A stretch of 63,845 nucleotides of DNA. Source: Rhynchobatus australiae. Lineage: Eukaryota. This document shows positions 36,111 to 49,600 of this stretch, in pieces. The DNA lies in contig JAUZTB010000072.1 in NCBI GenBank assembly GCA_034780895.1, positions 20,616,535-20,680,379 on the forward strand, given 5' to 3'. The position numbers and the translations under genes were made by a program. Position 1 is the first letter of the stretch. Every line of letters begins with the position of its first letter. The notes under the pieces were generated by a model. The model ran no database searches, was not told the DNA's origin, and saw only the letters and a program-made list of their open reading frames with translations.

Positions 36111-38714
36111 ATGGAAAGAAACAACACTCAAGCTCATTGTAAAAAACAGTTCACTTCAGGTTTAGATCAATTACTAAAACTGATGTTCCTCTGATTTAAG
36201 ATTTCACATGAACTTAANNNNNNNNNNAAGCAGGAGCTGTATTGATTGGATAACTCATGGTTGAACTTAAGTTACAATGAATTAGATGAATGAGAGATCT
36301 TTTTATGGGTGCACTATTGGACACAGTTCAATTTCTATCTGATACATGTTCCTCAAAAGTACCACATTTAACTTGACTATCACCTGCCAACACTCCACTT
36401 TCTGCATCCTTTATGCTTAAATAAATCTTTATTTTGCCCTTGTCCGGTACCTGTTGGAGGCCAAGTAGGTAGCAGAAGGAAAAACAGAGCCTGCACTGAT
36501 TCCAGCTTAAGAAGCAGGTGGCAGCCAGGTGGGACTGCACAGTGGAAGCAACACCTTCCTACCCACCGATCCTGTTTTAAATCTCCTGCCTTTCTTTCTC
36601 CTGCCCAATGCCTGTTTGTTCAGAACATGGCCCAGCTGAAGGCATACCATCTGTTTCATGAACAGAATGCACAATATGGCGACACAGCACTTTAAAGGGT
36701 GTCAGTTGTGTGNNNNNNNNNNNNNNNNNNNNNNNNNNNNNNNNNNNNNNNNNNNNNNNNNNNNNNNNNNNNNNNNNNNNNNNNNNNNNNNNNNNNNNNN
36801 NNNNNNNNNNNNNNNNNNNNNNNNNNNNNNNNNNNNNNNNNNNNNNNNNNNNNNNNNNNNNNNNNNNNNNNNNNNNNNNNNNNNAAAGCCTGGCTTCAGC
36901 TTTACTCTCTGCCCACAGTCCTACGCATNNNNNNNNNNNNNNNNNNNNNNNNNNNNNNNNNNNNNNNNNNNNNNNNNNNNNNNNNNNNNNNNNNNNNNNN
37001 NNNNNNNNNNNNNNNNNNNNNNNNNNNNNNNNNNNNNNNNNNNNNNNNNNNNNNNNNNNNNNNNNNNNNNNNNNNNNNNNNNNNNNNNNNNNNNNNNNNN
37101 NNNNNNNNNNNNNNNNNNNNNNNNNNNNNNNNNNNNNNNNNNNNNNNNNNNNNNNNNNNNNNNNNNNNNNNNNNNNNNNNNNNNNNNNNNGATGAGTCAC
37201 TTAATATTTTCCACTTACATTCCTATATAAAAATATTCTTTACTGTTATAAAAGGTCATTTTTGGAAAGTTTGGTAAGCATCGTGTTGTATTTTGAGCTG
37301 TACAATCTTTAGGATTTGTCAACAACTGATAGCTTTTGTAGTATCTTATTGGGTAATGGCTGCATGGAAGTTCAATCTATCAGGTTTGTATCTATTCTGC
37401 TTTTCCATACAACCCCTACCCCAGTCCCCAACCCCACCCTTGCACTAAACCCCACTACCACACAGATGAAAATCTTCAGTGAACAATTACCTTAATTACA
37501 AAAGGAGGCTTCTAAAAATGCAACTTCTGGGAGTAGACTCCCGTAGACGTAAACAATGATAAGAGACTGGAAAACAAGTTTTAATTACAAATGCTTTTAC
37601 ATAACTACTCTTTTCTCCCCTTCCAGTTTTATTACCCTAGGGCAAAGGCACTCCATCCATGCAAATCTGAAGCAAAGGGAGGCCTGTACCCAGTACACAA
37701 CGGGCATCCAGTCTGAAAATTCCTCTGTTCTATTTCCAGGCAAGGTCACATTGAAAGGGCATGGAAACCAGCCAATAGTTTAGAGATAGAGGCACTGGTG
37801 AGGAACACATAAGAAGTTTCAGCAGTCTAGCCAGCAGGCTGGAGGCCCAGACTACTGCAGTTTCATCTTTTGCACTCTTTCCTCTCTTCATAACTGGGGA
37901 TCTTGTGGTCTGTGACATCTAGTTATTGGGAAGATGAAGAAAAATGTAAAGCTTACACAACTTTAAGAACTTAACAAGGTAATCTCCATTATGTAGCTCA
38001 TGTTCAGAGTATGTTGCATGTTTGAATTTTAATATAAAATTAATCTCACCATTAAGAACTTGATGTGAGTCGTCCGTGTGTACATAACTTATGTACTCAA
38101 AGTCTGCAAGCATGCACAATGATGCCAAATGTTTACAATTTTGTCTTCACATCATTAGCATGGGCCACTCACTGCAAAACAATCTTTAATTGAAGGGGTA
38201 AAGCATGCTTTGGTGCCACTCTTTCAGACTTCTAGAAATTCTAGCAAATGCATTTTGATTTGGATACACATTTTTCTTGCAATAACAAGTCTACTTTGCA
38301 CAAATAAAAATGCATTATAGTCTACTTAATTCTACCATTAAAAAAAATCACTGTTTTCATTATGGAGCTAACATAAAGAAAATGATGCAAAATCTTTTAC
38401 ACAGTAACAAACATCAAAGTGATATCTTCTAAATAGATAACCTATTGTGACAAAAACCTTCATGGTCAGCATATGATGCAGTTCTGCAGAATTAGCCCAT
38501 TAAAAAAAATCCTACCATTTTGCAGGTGATGGCTAAACAACCTACAACTGGAAAGAAACTCAAAGCACACAGAGGACTACAATCCATTTGTTATATTGAC
38601 AGTTCTCCCCTAAACAAAATTTCAAATTATTCTTAAAAAGTTAAAGGTGCCACTTTTTTTTAAAAAAAGAAAAAGTCATCCAAGCTTTTCTTGAAAAAGA
38701 AAAACTGCACATTA

Positions 38715-38860
38715 AAATCAAAACGAAAATAGAAGCATGGAACTTGTCAGTTAGCATATGAGGTGAGAAGAGGCAGGTTAATGTTCAAGGTATAACTCTT
38801 CATCTATACGAGGGATACTGAGGGAAATTCAATGTATTTCCAGCAATCTCTGTGTTTCCT
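38715..38860. mobile_element. Degenerate Penelope-like repeat, fold-back arrangement
   Basis: An antisense block (..GGTTAATGTTCAAGGTATAACTCTTCATC) is followed by a sense tail TGTATTTCCAGCAATCTCTGTGTTT. Confidence 0.4.
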
Positions 38861-39392
38861 CCTTGTGGAAGAATGCAAGATATTTGCCAAGTGCTCTTGA
38901 TGTTCTGTAACAGGGGCTTCACACTTGCTATCACTAATTTTTTGCCCTCACCTTTCAAGAAGTTCTTAAGTTGTAGACTTAAAGCAATATGCAATAGACT
39001 TAAAACAGCAACACTTGTTACAACAAAGCTGTTAATTAGGGATAGCTTTGGCTAAACACATCGATTTACTTTCTTTGCACCATCTGGTTGCTTTTATTCC
39101 AACATTTTTTAAACACATGGTTGTAGAAGACATTGACTTTCTTATTGTTTGTTGTCAACAGAATTGACATGCTTTGAAATTTTTTTTCCACAAAACAAGG
39201 GACATGCAAAACTTTTCAAAAGTTGCAGTGTTCACATTAAAGTGACACAGAATTTGCTAGATTCCACTCAACCAACCAAAGCGCTCTTTGTACTTCAAAT
39301 GGCTTTTTAATCAGGCCCAGTAGCTTCTCATGACACAGGCTGATTAGAGGATGAATGTAATTGACAAGCAAAGCCTGGGAACAGGCAAGAAT

Positions 39393-39431
39393 GTTGCCAT
39401 GGAGACAGTCTCTGAATGGCTGCCATGCAAC
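39393..39431. promoter_or_regulatory. Paired RFX X-box-like motifs
   Basis: GTTGCCATGGAGAC (39393-39406) and GCTGCCATGCAAC (39419-39431) versus the palindromic consensus GTTGCCATGGCAAC. Confidence 0.4.
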
Positions 39432-39719
39432 ACCTTTGCTTATACACAAAGAAATATGATGTTATCAGTCCCTGGCTATGGTCAAAAAAGTATATTTCCA
39501 GGACCTAAGGGGATCTCCACTGAAAAAGGTTGAATATCTGGGTCTTCCAGTACACCATGTTTAATGCTATTCTCATTTTTTCCAGTGTAATATGTACTGA
39601 GTCTCAGACTATCAAACCCTGAGCTTTATCCCACAATACTGATATGAAACTTAACTGTAGTCTCTGAAACAGGACCAGGATATTTCCAACAGTTAACAAT
39701 ATCCTCAATCAACAGTCCT

Positions 39720-40170
39720 GTACTAGATAGGGGACAACTGCCCCATGAATCCACGGGCTCACATGTACAACTGGAAAGACAACAGATAATCCTGCAACAA
39801 CCATCAGGATGTCCTGCTGTTAATAGCGGGCAAAACTCTCAGCAAAATGCTGCTTTTTGGAACTCATTGGACAAGGGCCTGAGTGTATGTGTTTTCAGGA
39901 AAAGTGCTTATTTGGGCAGATGGTCCAAGTAGCCATTAGCTACCAATAAAATCACGGATGAGACAGTGGACCACATCATCAAGGTATCACGTGAACAACT
40001 GTCAAAGGATACATTCTATGATGAGTGGAGCAGCAGTCTCTGGGAAGTCAATAGAAACATTTCAAGGTTTCCCTCACGTCATTCTTGAAACACTTCAAGG
40101 CTGGCCTGATCCTGCTGATGACTGCTCTCCCTGACAGAGTCTCATCCATTCAGGAACCACAGGCTGTTTG
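39720..40170 (+). mobile_element. RTE-clade LINE relic with internal deletion
   Basis: CNNHQDVLLLIAGKTLSKML (CNNHRGISLLSIAGKILAR type) and HIIKVSREQLSKDTFYDE (HVIRM.D.RLPK.IFY.E type). Confidence 0.6.
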
Positions 40171-40639
40171 AAGCACAAATTGGCCTGATCAGGCACACTT
40201 AACTAGTAATCCTATTTGTCACCTTCACACCTGAAGGATGTCACCCCTCAAAACCTAAATTAATTTTAACTGAACCATCTGAAAGATAAAGGGAGAACAA
40301 AAAAATGACTCAAGATGAGCTGCAGCAACTGCAGCTGCTCCAATACACGTTTGGTTTTGACCAATGAAGGAAAACCTACAACAGCACAGAGCTTTTGTCT
40401 AAACTTGACAGATTTTCATATTTAAAAACTGGAAAAGGTCAATTGATACATTTAAAAAAAAACTTAGGTCCAAATTTGGGAGTACAACAGTAACTAATGG
40501 CGAACTACATTTTACGAATGAATGTCAATTAAGATCAAGGTACAGCACATCACCTTCTGACTTGGCACATTATAGTCTTCCAGACTCAGCAATGAATTTA
40601 ACAATTGCAGATAATCAACCATTCTGGCCCTGTATCTCA

Positions 40640-40976
40640 CATCTCCAGCATTCACTTTTTCTCCTCTCTCTCTTGGTATTTTCATCTCCTTTTATTTAAA
40701 TACCTAGCCTTTACCATCCTCTTTTATCCAGCACCACCACTATTTGAGTCACTCAAATTCTCCTAGACTCTACCTAATCACATACTTCCTTTGTGTTCCC
40801 CCTGCACCTTCCCCTTTCTTTGCAACTTTAAACTTGATTTATTTTCACAAACTTGCCCCAATCCATATAAAACGTCATCAACCCAAAACATTAACTGTCT
40901 CTCTACAGATGCTGTTTGATCTGCCAGCATTCTGTTTTTATTTTCGGTTTCAAGCATCTGCAGTATTTTGATTTTG
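40640..40976 (+). mobile_element. Penelope-like terminal repeat
   Basis: C/T-rich tract, decayed hammerhead position (GTCATCAACCCAAAACATTAACTG) and CAGATGCTG..CCAGCATTCTGTTTTTATT..AGCATCTGCAGTATTTTG tail. Confidence 0.65.
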
Positions 40977-41739
40977 AAACACATTAAATATATTTGCTGC
41001 TTTGCATAATGTTCTAGGTTAGCAAAATATCATGAAATTATGCATTAAATTCTGTAATGAATCACACCCATCTGCAGTAATAGTATAAAACTGGGTCCAT
41101 GTCAAATTCTGATACAGTAGCATATATCACACTATGCAATTTTATATGCATATTTAAAGGTTCCACAGTAAAGGACAAAGTGTTGCAAATTGAAATGTAA
41201 ATTGGTAATTTCCTTTCCATAGCCTTAACTATCAGACTGGCACAGGGACCGTCCAAACTTCAGGTTTATATAGAACAAACAACTGGAATGACAACTCACA
41301 AATCCATGTTAACTATGACTAAGGAACAGACGACGTGGCAGATCAGTAGTAGCCCTGAAGCTGTTGGTTGTCTGCACCTGGAGCTCACTGTTTTTTTCAG
41401 TGGTGCAGGGTACAGTCTTCTACTGGGATCCTAATCCAAGCGTGTCAGTGAGGCACAGGACAGCACAAGACAAGACAAGACAGAGCAGCACAGCACCAGG
41501 CCTCGCCCAGTGCAAGCAGCCAGCTGTAATGACAAGGAGACTGACAGTGCAGAGGCTTCATCTCAAGCTCACCAGACATCAAATCTGCTGCTTAAATTGA
41601 ACCTATGTGAACGTCTTTGATGCCCACTATCATACAGGGCCCACCTGAAATTACAACGATGTTGAAGAATTAAAATTATCGAGAGAAGAATTTAAAGAGC
41701 ATAAACTTGCATAGATTTTAAAACATTTAACCTAACCCA

Positions 41740-41957
41740 GAGACATAGTCATCAAATTATACAGCACAGAAATGGGCCCTTTGGCCCACCACGTTCATGC
41801 TGACCTTTGCTTTCCCTCTCCCCCCCCCCCCATCTACACTAATCCCATTTGCCTGCATTACGGCTGTATCCATCCATGCCTTGCTTATTTAAGTGTCTAT
41901 CTAATTGCCTCTTAAACGTAGCAATGGTATCTTATTCCACCACCTCCTCTGGCAGAG
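41740..41957 (-). mobile_element. CR1 LINE 3' end
   Basis: ATACAGCACAGAAATGGGCCCTTTGGCCCACCAC tail and TTTAAGTGTCTATCTAATTGCCTCTTAAA..TCCACCACCTCCTCTGGCAG, similar to the copies at 17299 and 45175. Confidence 0.8.
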
Positions 41958-44900
41958 GAAAAATCAAATAATCTTAATGGGAGAAATCAGCTGCCAGGAG
42001 AAAGGTCTGAATGATTTAAATGGATCACTGCACTTGCCCCAGGTTAAGGTGGCGTGAGTTCAGCAAGCGGATCTCCCAGTTTGCAATCTGGGAAATCTTC
42101 AGAGGTTTGCACTGCCTTGTTGGAGTCCACCAGGCAGGGCAACAGGCCTACATCTGGGGCTCTCATGAAGTGGAAAGCTGAACAGAGGCTCCTTACAGCT
42201 GTGGACAGATCTCCATGGAAGATTTATCCCTAACTTTCTTTAAAATTATCCCCAACAGAAGGGTATGAAGGTGCCTTATATTACACAGTAATGGAGATTC
42301 ACATTGTGAAACTGTTCTCTTTGAACTGCCAAGAAATGTCATTTATGCCCCCTAAAAAAATCCATTGACCTATGATTTTCAATAACCTCTCCTAGAGCAG
42401 TGAAATGCACTGCCCTTTTCTGCTTGTAGTAATCTTCCTCAGCCACTGGCACAGTAACTTCCCCAAACACTCATCACAATGGAGCACACATCTTTTTGCT
42501 CACAATTCCAGTTTTAATTCCTTGCTCCACACACAGAGGAGCTTCACAAAATTTGGCAACATCACAGGCAGAAATACTACTAATATCACTTAANNNTAAT
42601 AAACTTCAAATGTACAGCTTCCCAGAATAATCAATTAATCACAAGTTACTATGAAAGCTAAAGGAGGCATTTTTGCAGGTCAGCTAAACATTATTCACAA
42701 ATTACCAGACAAATTCAATTCACCACTCATTTTGGACAGAGGAAATTCTACCTCTCCCCTTAAATCATCATCATTCCAAAATACATTAAACTAACAAAAT
42801 CAATATACATCTCAGTTTTTAACTCTTGATTATAACACAGCATGTGTCCAATATTTTACATGGACATGAGCAGATCTATGCACTCATAGCAACAGCAGCA
42901 GCCTACTCTCCACACTAGTTTATAAGTAAACCCAAAAACAGGATATGAAAAGTTGCCAGTGTACTTTGAGCAGTTATGCAATTGCCGATCCTCTGAAATC
43001 TATCCAACAAAGCAGGTGGGGCAAACTCTAAAAGGCAATAAGGGTTTTCCATGGAGCCACATCAAGAAGGTGAAATCTTTCACTCGGTCAGCTTCAATTC
43101 TTAAGTACAATGTAGACAGCACCTATTGTTATTACAGTACAGTCATAACTACTGCTACTGTTTCTTTGGTCCTTTGCAACTCATCCCTCTAACTACCCCC
43201 TGACTACTAAGCAGAAGCAGAGATCTGTGCAGTGCCCCTGATAAACTGAATAGGACAATTGATGGAGACTCTGTCACACAATAGATCATCTCACAAGACT
43301 TGGCTTTTATAGTGTTCAGCCAATGAGAATGTTGTTTCCAAACACTGATCAAATTTCAAAGACAGCATTTTTCTACTTCAGGAATGGCTAGCCTTAATTT
43401 AAAGTCTGTTGACACTTCAAGTATCATGACAGTCATGTCCACTGATTTAATGAGCCAAGATTTCTGTTAAGTCCAGTGAAGGTCATGACATGGCTGCTAT
43501 TCAGAAGCCCAAGGGTCCCACGCATCTTATGCTGCCCTTTCTTTATGAATAGCCCACTTCCAAAAACACATCTCAGTGCTTAAAGGCACTGGCTTCTAGG
43601 ATGGTGAACAGAACTCCCCATGTACTTTAGCCACCAAATACTTTCTTCCATTTCCTTGATCATGCACATCGTGTGAAAAAAGTGCCATGGAGGAAGACTA
43701 CAGAAGCTTAGTAACCGGACAAAGGCCACAGTATAATTCATCTTTTTGAGGAACTGGCTAACAATATTCTTATGTGTCAATTCTCACTGCACATTAGATA
43801 TGTACTTAAAAATAACCTTCTACATCATATCAATTCAAGATACTCTTACACTGCTTTATAGTGATAGCTGAAAAAAAAAGTTGACTTTTATTTCCATGTG
43901 CCTTAAAATGTCCAAGAAAATCCAATAAAGACCAAATGAAAAACTGTTTCCCTGCCCATACAGCCCAGCCCACTGACACGGATTAAAAAATGGTTGCTCC
44001 AGTCAAAGATGGATAAGAACTTCTTCAAATAGCACTTTCTGAATTTTTCCCTACTGCACATGGTGGTAAGAAAGACCATGGTTTAACAGCTCCTTCAAGC
44101 CACCAAGGATCACTGGGTTACAAAAGCTCATTGTACAAGATTTAATCACGTTTTTATACAGTTTGCCTCATTTATGAATGCTTACTTCTTGCATTGCTGG
44201 TTATTTGCGCNNNNNNNNNNNNNNNNNNNNNNNNNNNNNNNNNNNNNNNNNNNNNNNNNNNNNNNNNNNNNNNNNNNNNNNNNNNNNNNNNNNNNNNNNN
44301 NNNNNNNNNNNNNNNNNNNNNNNNNNNNNNNNNNNNNNNNNNNNNNNNNNNNNNNNNNNNNAAAAAAAGACAACAGCCTATCAAAATTAACCCCTTTAGG
44401 TTACTCACACTCCTTTATTTAATAGCATTGAAATTTTTATCTCTTTTTATCCTATGCAATCACCTTGACCATCTACGAAACTCTGATGTAAGATTATGAA
44501 ATCAAAACTACTCTAATTCTACCTTATGAATAAATCCATCAAGTTATTATTCTTCAACTGTAATCCAAAGGCTCCAAAGTGTCCCAAGGACAAAAAGGCA
44601 ATGGTCCAAATATTGTTCTTCCAAAAAAGGTATGTTAAACCGGAAACACATTGTATGCCCAATGCACAGTTTGTGTGTGTATGCCCCAAATGCAATATTC
44701 AGTTGTGCACAAGATAAAAGGCAACACTTGATGTGCAGAAATCATTGCTCTGCTAGCTTTGCCATTGCAGTACAGGAGAGGGTGGTTAACAAGGAACTAA
44801 GCTGACCGACTGGGTGAGTTGGCTCTCCCTTTGACTTGCGCACACACACAAGTTCCATGTGTGCTGTGGATGCCTGTTGCTGCACAAATGATCTATGTCA

Positions 44901-45174
44901 TTCATGGATGGACCATGGATGCACCAGTGAATTTTAAGTTATTAACATCCAAATGCATACTGAGTGCAAGAGATGAATCAAATACAGTGCCTGGCAAGGT
45001 GAGGCAAGGGGGATCCACTTTCAGCTTTGATTTGATCAAGGAGGGCACAAAACTACTGTGCAATGTGATAGAGTTTCAAGCTCCCCTGTACATGGCCAAT
45101 TGGGTCATTCTTTGAGAGGATGAAATGTCTCCTTTAAACTCTAACTTGCTGCCTCTGCCTTCCTTTCAATGTGT

Positions 45175-46090
45175 AGAGGCAGCACAGAAACAAGTCCTTC
45201 GGCCCACTACATTCATGCCGACCTTTTTGCCGATCTACACTAATCATATTTGTCCATACCCTTCTATGCCTTGCCTATTTAAGTGCCTGTCTCAATTTCT
45301 CTTAAACATAGTGATTGTATCTGACTCCAGCACTTCCTCTAACAGCAAGTTTCAGACATCAACCTTTCGGTGTATAAGAAACTTTCCACTCAAATCCCCT
45401 TTAAAACTTTTTCCTCTTGAACCTATGCCCTGCCTCTTCAGCCTATGCCCTCTCGTCTTTAATACCCCTATCATGGGAAAAATATTCTGACTACCTACCC
45501 TCGCTATGCCTCTGTGAGGTCATCCACCAGCCTCCTTCACTCCAGGAAAAACAACCCCAGCCTGTCCCATCTCTCCACAATACTAAAGTCTTCCAATCCT
45601 AGCAAAATTCTGGTGAATCTTCCCTGCACTCTCTCCCACGCAACCACATCCTTTCTATGATGTGGTGATCAGAACTGCACACAATACTCCAAGTGTGGCT
45701 CAACCAGTGTTTTGTAACATATACATCCCAATTTTTATATTCTATGCCACAACCTATGCCATATGCCTTCGCATCCTAGTCATTAATATATATAACAAAC
45801 AACAAAGGTCCCAGCACCAATCCCTGCAGTACACCACTGGTCACGGATTCTGAATCAGAAAAGCATCCTTCCATCCTACCCTCCTCATCCTGTCACAAAG
45901 CCAGTTTTGAATCCAATTAGTCGGCTTGTCTTGGATCCCAAGTGCCTTAACCTTCTGGACCAGACCCTACGATGGGGACCTTGTCTAATGCCTTACTAAA
46001 GTTCATATACACTACATCGATAGTCCTGCCTTCATTAATCTTCTTAGTTACCTTCACAAAGGATTCAAATGTGGCAAGATTTCCCCCACA
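45175..46090 (-). mobile_element. CR1 LINE, RT domain to 3' end, with internal deletion
   Basis: Minus strand gives DVVYMNFSKALDKVP, SGVLQGLVLGPLLFVIYIND, EYCVQF*SP and LGLFFLE, then a CR1 tail (GGGCCGAAGG..TTTCTGTGCTG). Confidence 0.9.
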
Positions 46091-49000
46091 ATAATTGCGG
46101 GCTGTGACAAACTAATGCCAGTCCAGTTAGGGCCAAGGTAGCAGCCAATGATGGATGGATTTTACTTGCAGGCAAGGCCTTTTCTCTTGCGTTGCATCAG
46201 CTCAGAGTATGGACAGGAAAACTAGCCCTGGGGTTGAGGCAATGAATTGTGGATTAGAAATGGGTTCAGGGCAAGGATCAGGTGCAAGCAATCTGTGATA
46301 GTCGGGGGGGGGGTGAAATGTGGGGAGGAAGCAGGAGGAAAGAAAGTAGCAGCAAGTTGGGTGTGTGAGAGTGGTGAAGAGGGCCCGGTCAGGGACGTGG
46401 GTTTGGTGGTTGGGGAGGCAAGTTGGTATGAGTGCTTTGGCTAGAGCGGAGAGGGGGATTCAGAAATAATGACAGTAGCCTTCAAAATAAAAAAAACGCT
46501 TAAAACTCAGGATTAGTTTCAAGAACACAGATCCTGATATCTTTTGTTCTTGATAACATCCCTTGTTGCTGAAATCCTGTCCATTCAGATTTTGACACAT
46601 TTTTGCCTGTCAATGCACATTATTTCCTTGAAATATGATGAGATTCAGATAAAAGCTCATGATGCCGACAGAGGGACAGAAACAATTTTTATTTGTATTG
46701 ATTATTGTAATTTATTGCCAAATTATTCAGACTAAATGTGTTACTTAAAAGGTTTGGGGAGATTTTAAAATGTTGATTAAAAAGAACCAAGTTTGAAGAA
46801 ATCACACATGCCTGGAAATTTCAGTGCATTCTAAAAGGGGTTGGGTGGGTAGCAACTGAGAATGGTGGGGATTAGGAAGTTTACCTTCATTCAGTAGTGA
46901 CATGGACTCTGGCCAACTTGCGTGCAATCCTCCTCAGTCAGTGTTGGGGGATTGAGACCATATTCTCCCAGGAGCACTTTACAACTGTGTCCCAGGCCAA
47001 CTTGGCTCAAATCCCTCCAGCAAAATGTTGCACAGGGAATATCATCATCACATGCATACCGATATGGAAATCATGTCAGGATCACAAAAGGTGGCTCATG
47101 ACACAATGTATTTCCCACTCGGAAAAATTTAACCTGTAAATAGGTGCAAAAGCAAATCACTACAGGTGAGAAAAAGTGTGATGTTCTAATTTCTAGGGAA
47201 CGGATTTTGTATCTAGACAAACACACATATGAAGGCTAAATCCTCTCTTGGAAATCCCAATGTCCATTATAATAAGGGCCACAGGAATCAACAAGATGGC
47301 AGTAGATGCATTAGATTTTCAGTGACAGTTCAATTTTAAGCCTATTTGTTTATAGAACCAGGAAACAATTAGACTCCACATTTGTATCATGAGACCCAGT
47401 TAAGTCATTTAATTACCTAAAATTGTCTCTCTCCTGATCAGCAGATTATGTATTTTATTAAAGATCTAAAAAAAACAAATTTAAACAGCTACAGCCACAC
47501 TACTCCGAACAATTCCATTTTCCTCAAGATTGATTTAAGCAATGTCACAGTGCCTTTAAGTAAATGATGGATAGACATTTTTAAACAGACATACACCACA
47601 GGCATGAGAAATTAATGGGAACTTCAGCAAATGTCCAATAATTTAACCTAATTATTCAAAGAATGGGAAAACATATTTGTATCTTAATTTGAAATATAAT
47701 TATTGAAATGACAATGGATGTGTAAAAAAAGATACGCTTTAGAAAGGAACCTTTACTTTTTCAGAATAAAATGTGAACTCTTCAGGAAGACAGTGTTTAA
47801 ATAGCTGATGATAGAGTGATCCTCTATAGTAACCCTAATCATGTACTAACTGCAGTGAGAAATCAAACTGGAAGAATTTCCTCCTGAATGTGAATGTTTT
47901 AGCCCACATTCTCACTAAGCAGCCATAATGGTTTCAAATCTCAAGATTTAATTCTTGGTGTTATATTTTCACAGAACAGAAAAGGGGAAGCATGATCAGG
48001 AAGTGTGGGACAGTTACTCAGCCTACAAAAAAAAAGGATCAAACTTGCCTTTTGGTTTTGTAGTTTATTTTTCAGTTCTGATTTGGTGAGAGGTTTTGCT
48101 TTTGATGGCGAGGTAACTTAATTATGAAAGTCAACAACAATTATGAGATACTGCATGTTTAAAGAGAAGGGAGTTGGACCTAAATGACTCTGCATTTCCT
48201 TTGTGCTTTACAAGTCAAATAATTACTTGGTGCAAAGGAATACTGCTGGGTATGACCACAGACTGAGTACACACACAGTGCTGGAAATGGCTCAGATCAG
48301 ACCTCCATCACATGGAGTATAATTCCTGCTCAGGTCTCCTTTCAAGCTGTATGCACAACAATTTGGTAAGTGAACAAGCTGCCATCACTTTTAGATGCGG
48401 ACATGGTGGTACCAGATTGGAGATTAATTCTAGAAGCAAATATTTTTTTTAAATAGAAGTTCTAAAGTATGACCAGGCATTAAAGTGAAGCCAAATAACT
48501 CCCAAATCCAATAAATTGTGTACAATATACATATTATCTTTGTTGATAAATAGGTCTAAATAAAAATGACAATTTAGCATAATTAACATGCCTTAGCAAG
48601 CTTCAATGATCTCAAAAAGATAAGCTGTATCGTGAGAATGCAGAGGAGAAAAATATCCTAGTGGTAAACCCAAAGACAACCATTGTAATGTTGTGGGAGA
48701 CAAGTCAACCATATTAAAACCAGACACCACTTGTGATGGTTTCATCCAAAACCAGAGACCACAGACCACGGGCTTAGTTCTTACTTCTACCCAGCTTATA
48801 ACACACAGCTACTTTTGAAGCAACTCAATACATTTGGGGTTTCATCTTCCTGCTGGTAACTTGTTCCATTTACCAGTGCAAAGGGACTTTCCCTGTTACG
48901 GTTTGGAAGGTGGGAGGAGGGAGGAGGTTCAGGAGACGGCAGCCAGTGTGACTGGCCAAAGTCTTAATGCAATTCCTTGACAAGTCCTTTAAGGCCCATG

Positions 49001-49290
49001 TGAAAGGAGAAAAGTAATAACAAGCACCATTAGAATTTCCTTTTTGTTTAAACTTCTTCTTCTTCTTCGNNNNNNNNNNNNNNNTCCACAACGACAGAGT
49101 GGGCACCTCACCACATAAAGCAGGAAAAAGCAATGTACTACTCCTGCAGACAGAGCAGGTGGGGAAGGGAATGAAAGGAAGCAGCCTGTGCTTGCAGCAC
49201 TCAGAACCGTACCCAACAAAACCACCAAGATTCTATATGTTGCTCATATCTTTTAATAGAGAGAAAAAGGGATGAGTAAAATTGTGAAGA

Positions 49291-49450
49291 AACAAGAGAC
49301 TGCAGATGCTCAAAGCTGGAGCAATAGACAGTCTGCTGGAGGAACTCAACAGGACAGTCCTGATACAAGGTTTCGGCCCAGAATGTCGACAATTCCTTTT
49401 GCTCCCACAGGTACTGCTCAACCCACTGAGTTCCTCCAGCAGTTTGTTGA
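49291..49450. mobile_element. Penelope-like repeat with partial inverted duplication enclosing a degenerate hammerhead
   Basis: Perfect 16-bp inverted repeat CTGCTGGAGGAACTCA (49333-49348) and TGAGTTCCTCCAGCAG (49427-49442). CAGTCCTGATACAAGGTTTCGGCCCAGAATGTCGAC lies between them. Confidence 0.75.
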
Positions 49451-49479
49451 TTAACGTTTTACCTGGTAAAGAGTAATGG

Positions 49480-49600
49480 AATTTTGGATATTAAGGGAAT
49501 CAGGGATATGGGGTCAGTGCAGTCATGTGGTGCTGAAGTAAAAGATTACCCATGATCTTACTGAATGACCTTACTCCAGCTTCTGTTTCTGATATTTTAA
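49480..49600 (+). mobile_element. CR1 3' tail fragment
   Basis: TTTTGGATATTAAGGGAATCAGGGATATGGGG..CCATGATCTTACTGAATG..TACTCCAGCTTCT. Confidence 0.6.

Noticed and set aside
34306-37277. 143-207 aa ORFs, and other X-rich ORFs across the window
   Set aside because: Open only because N runs contain no stop codons.
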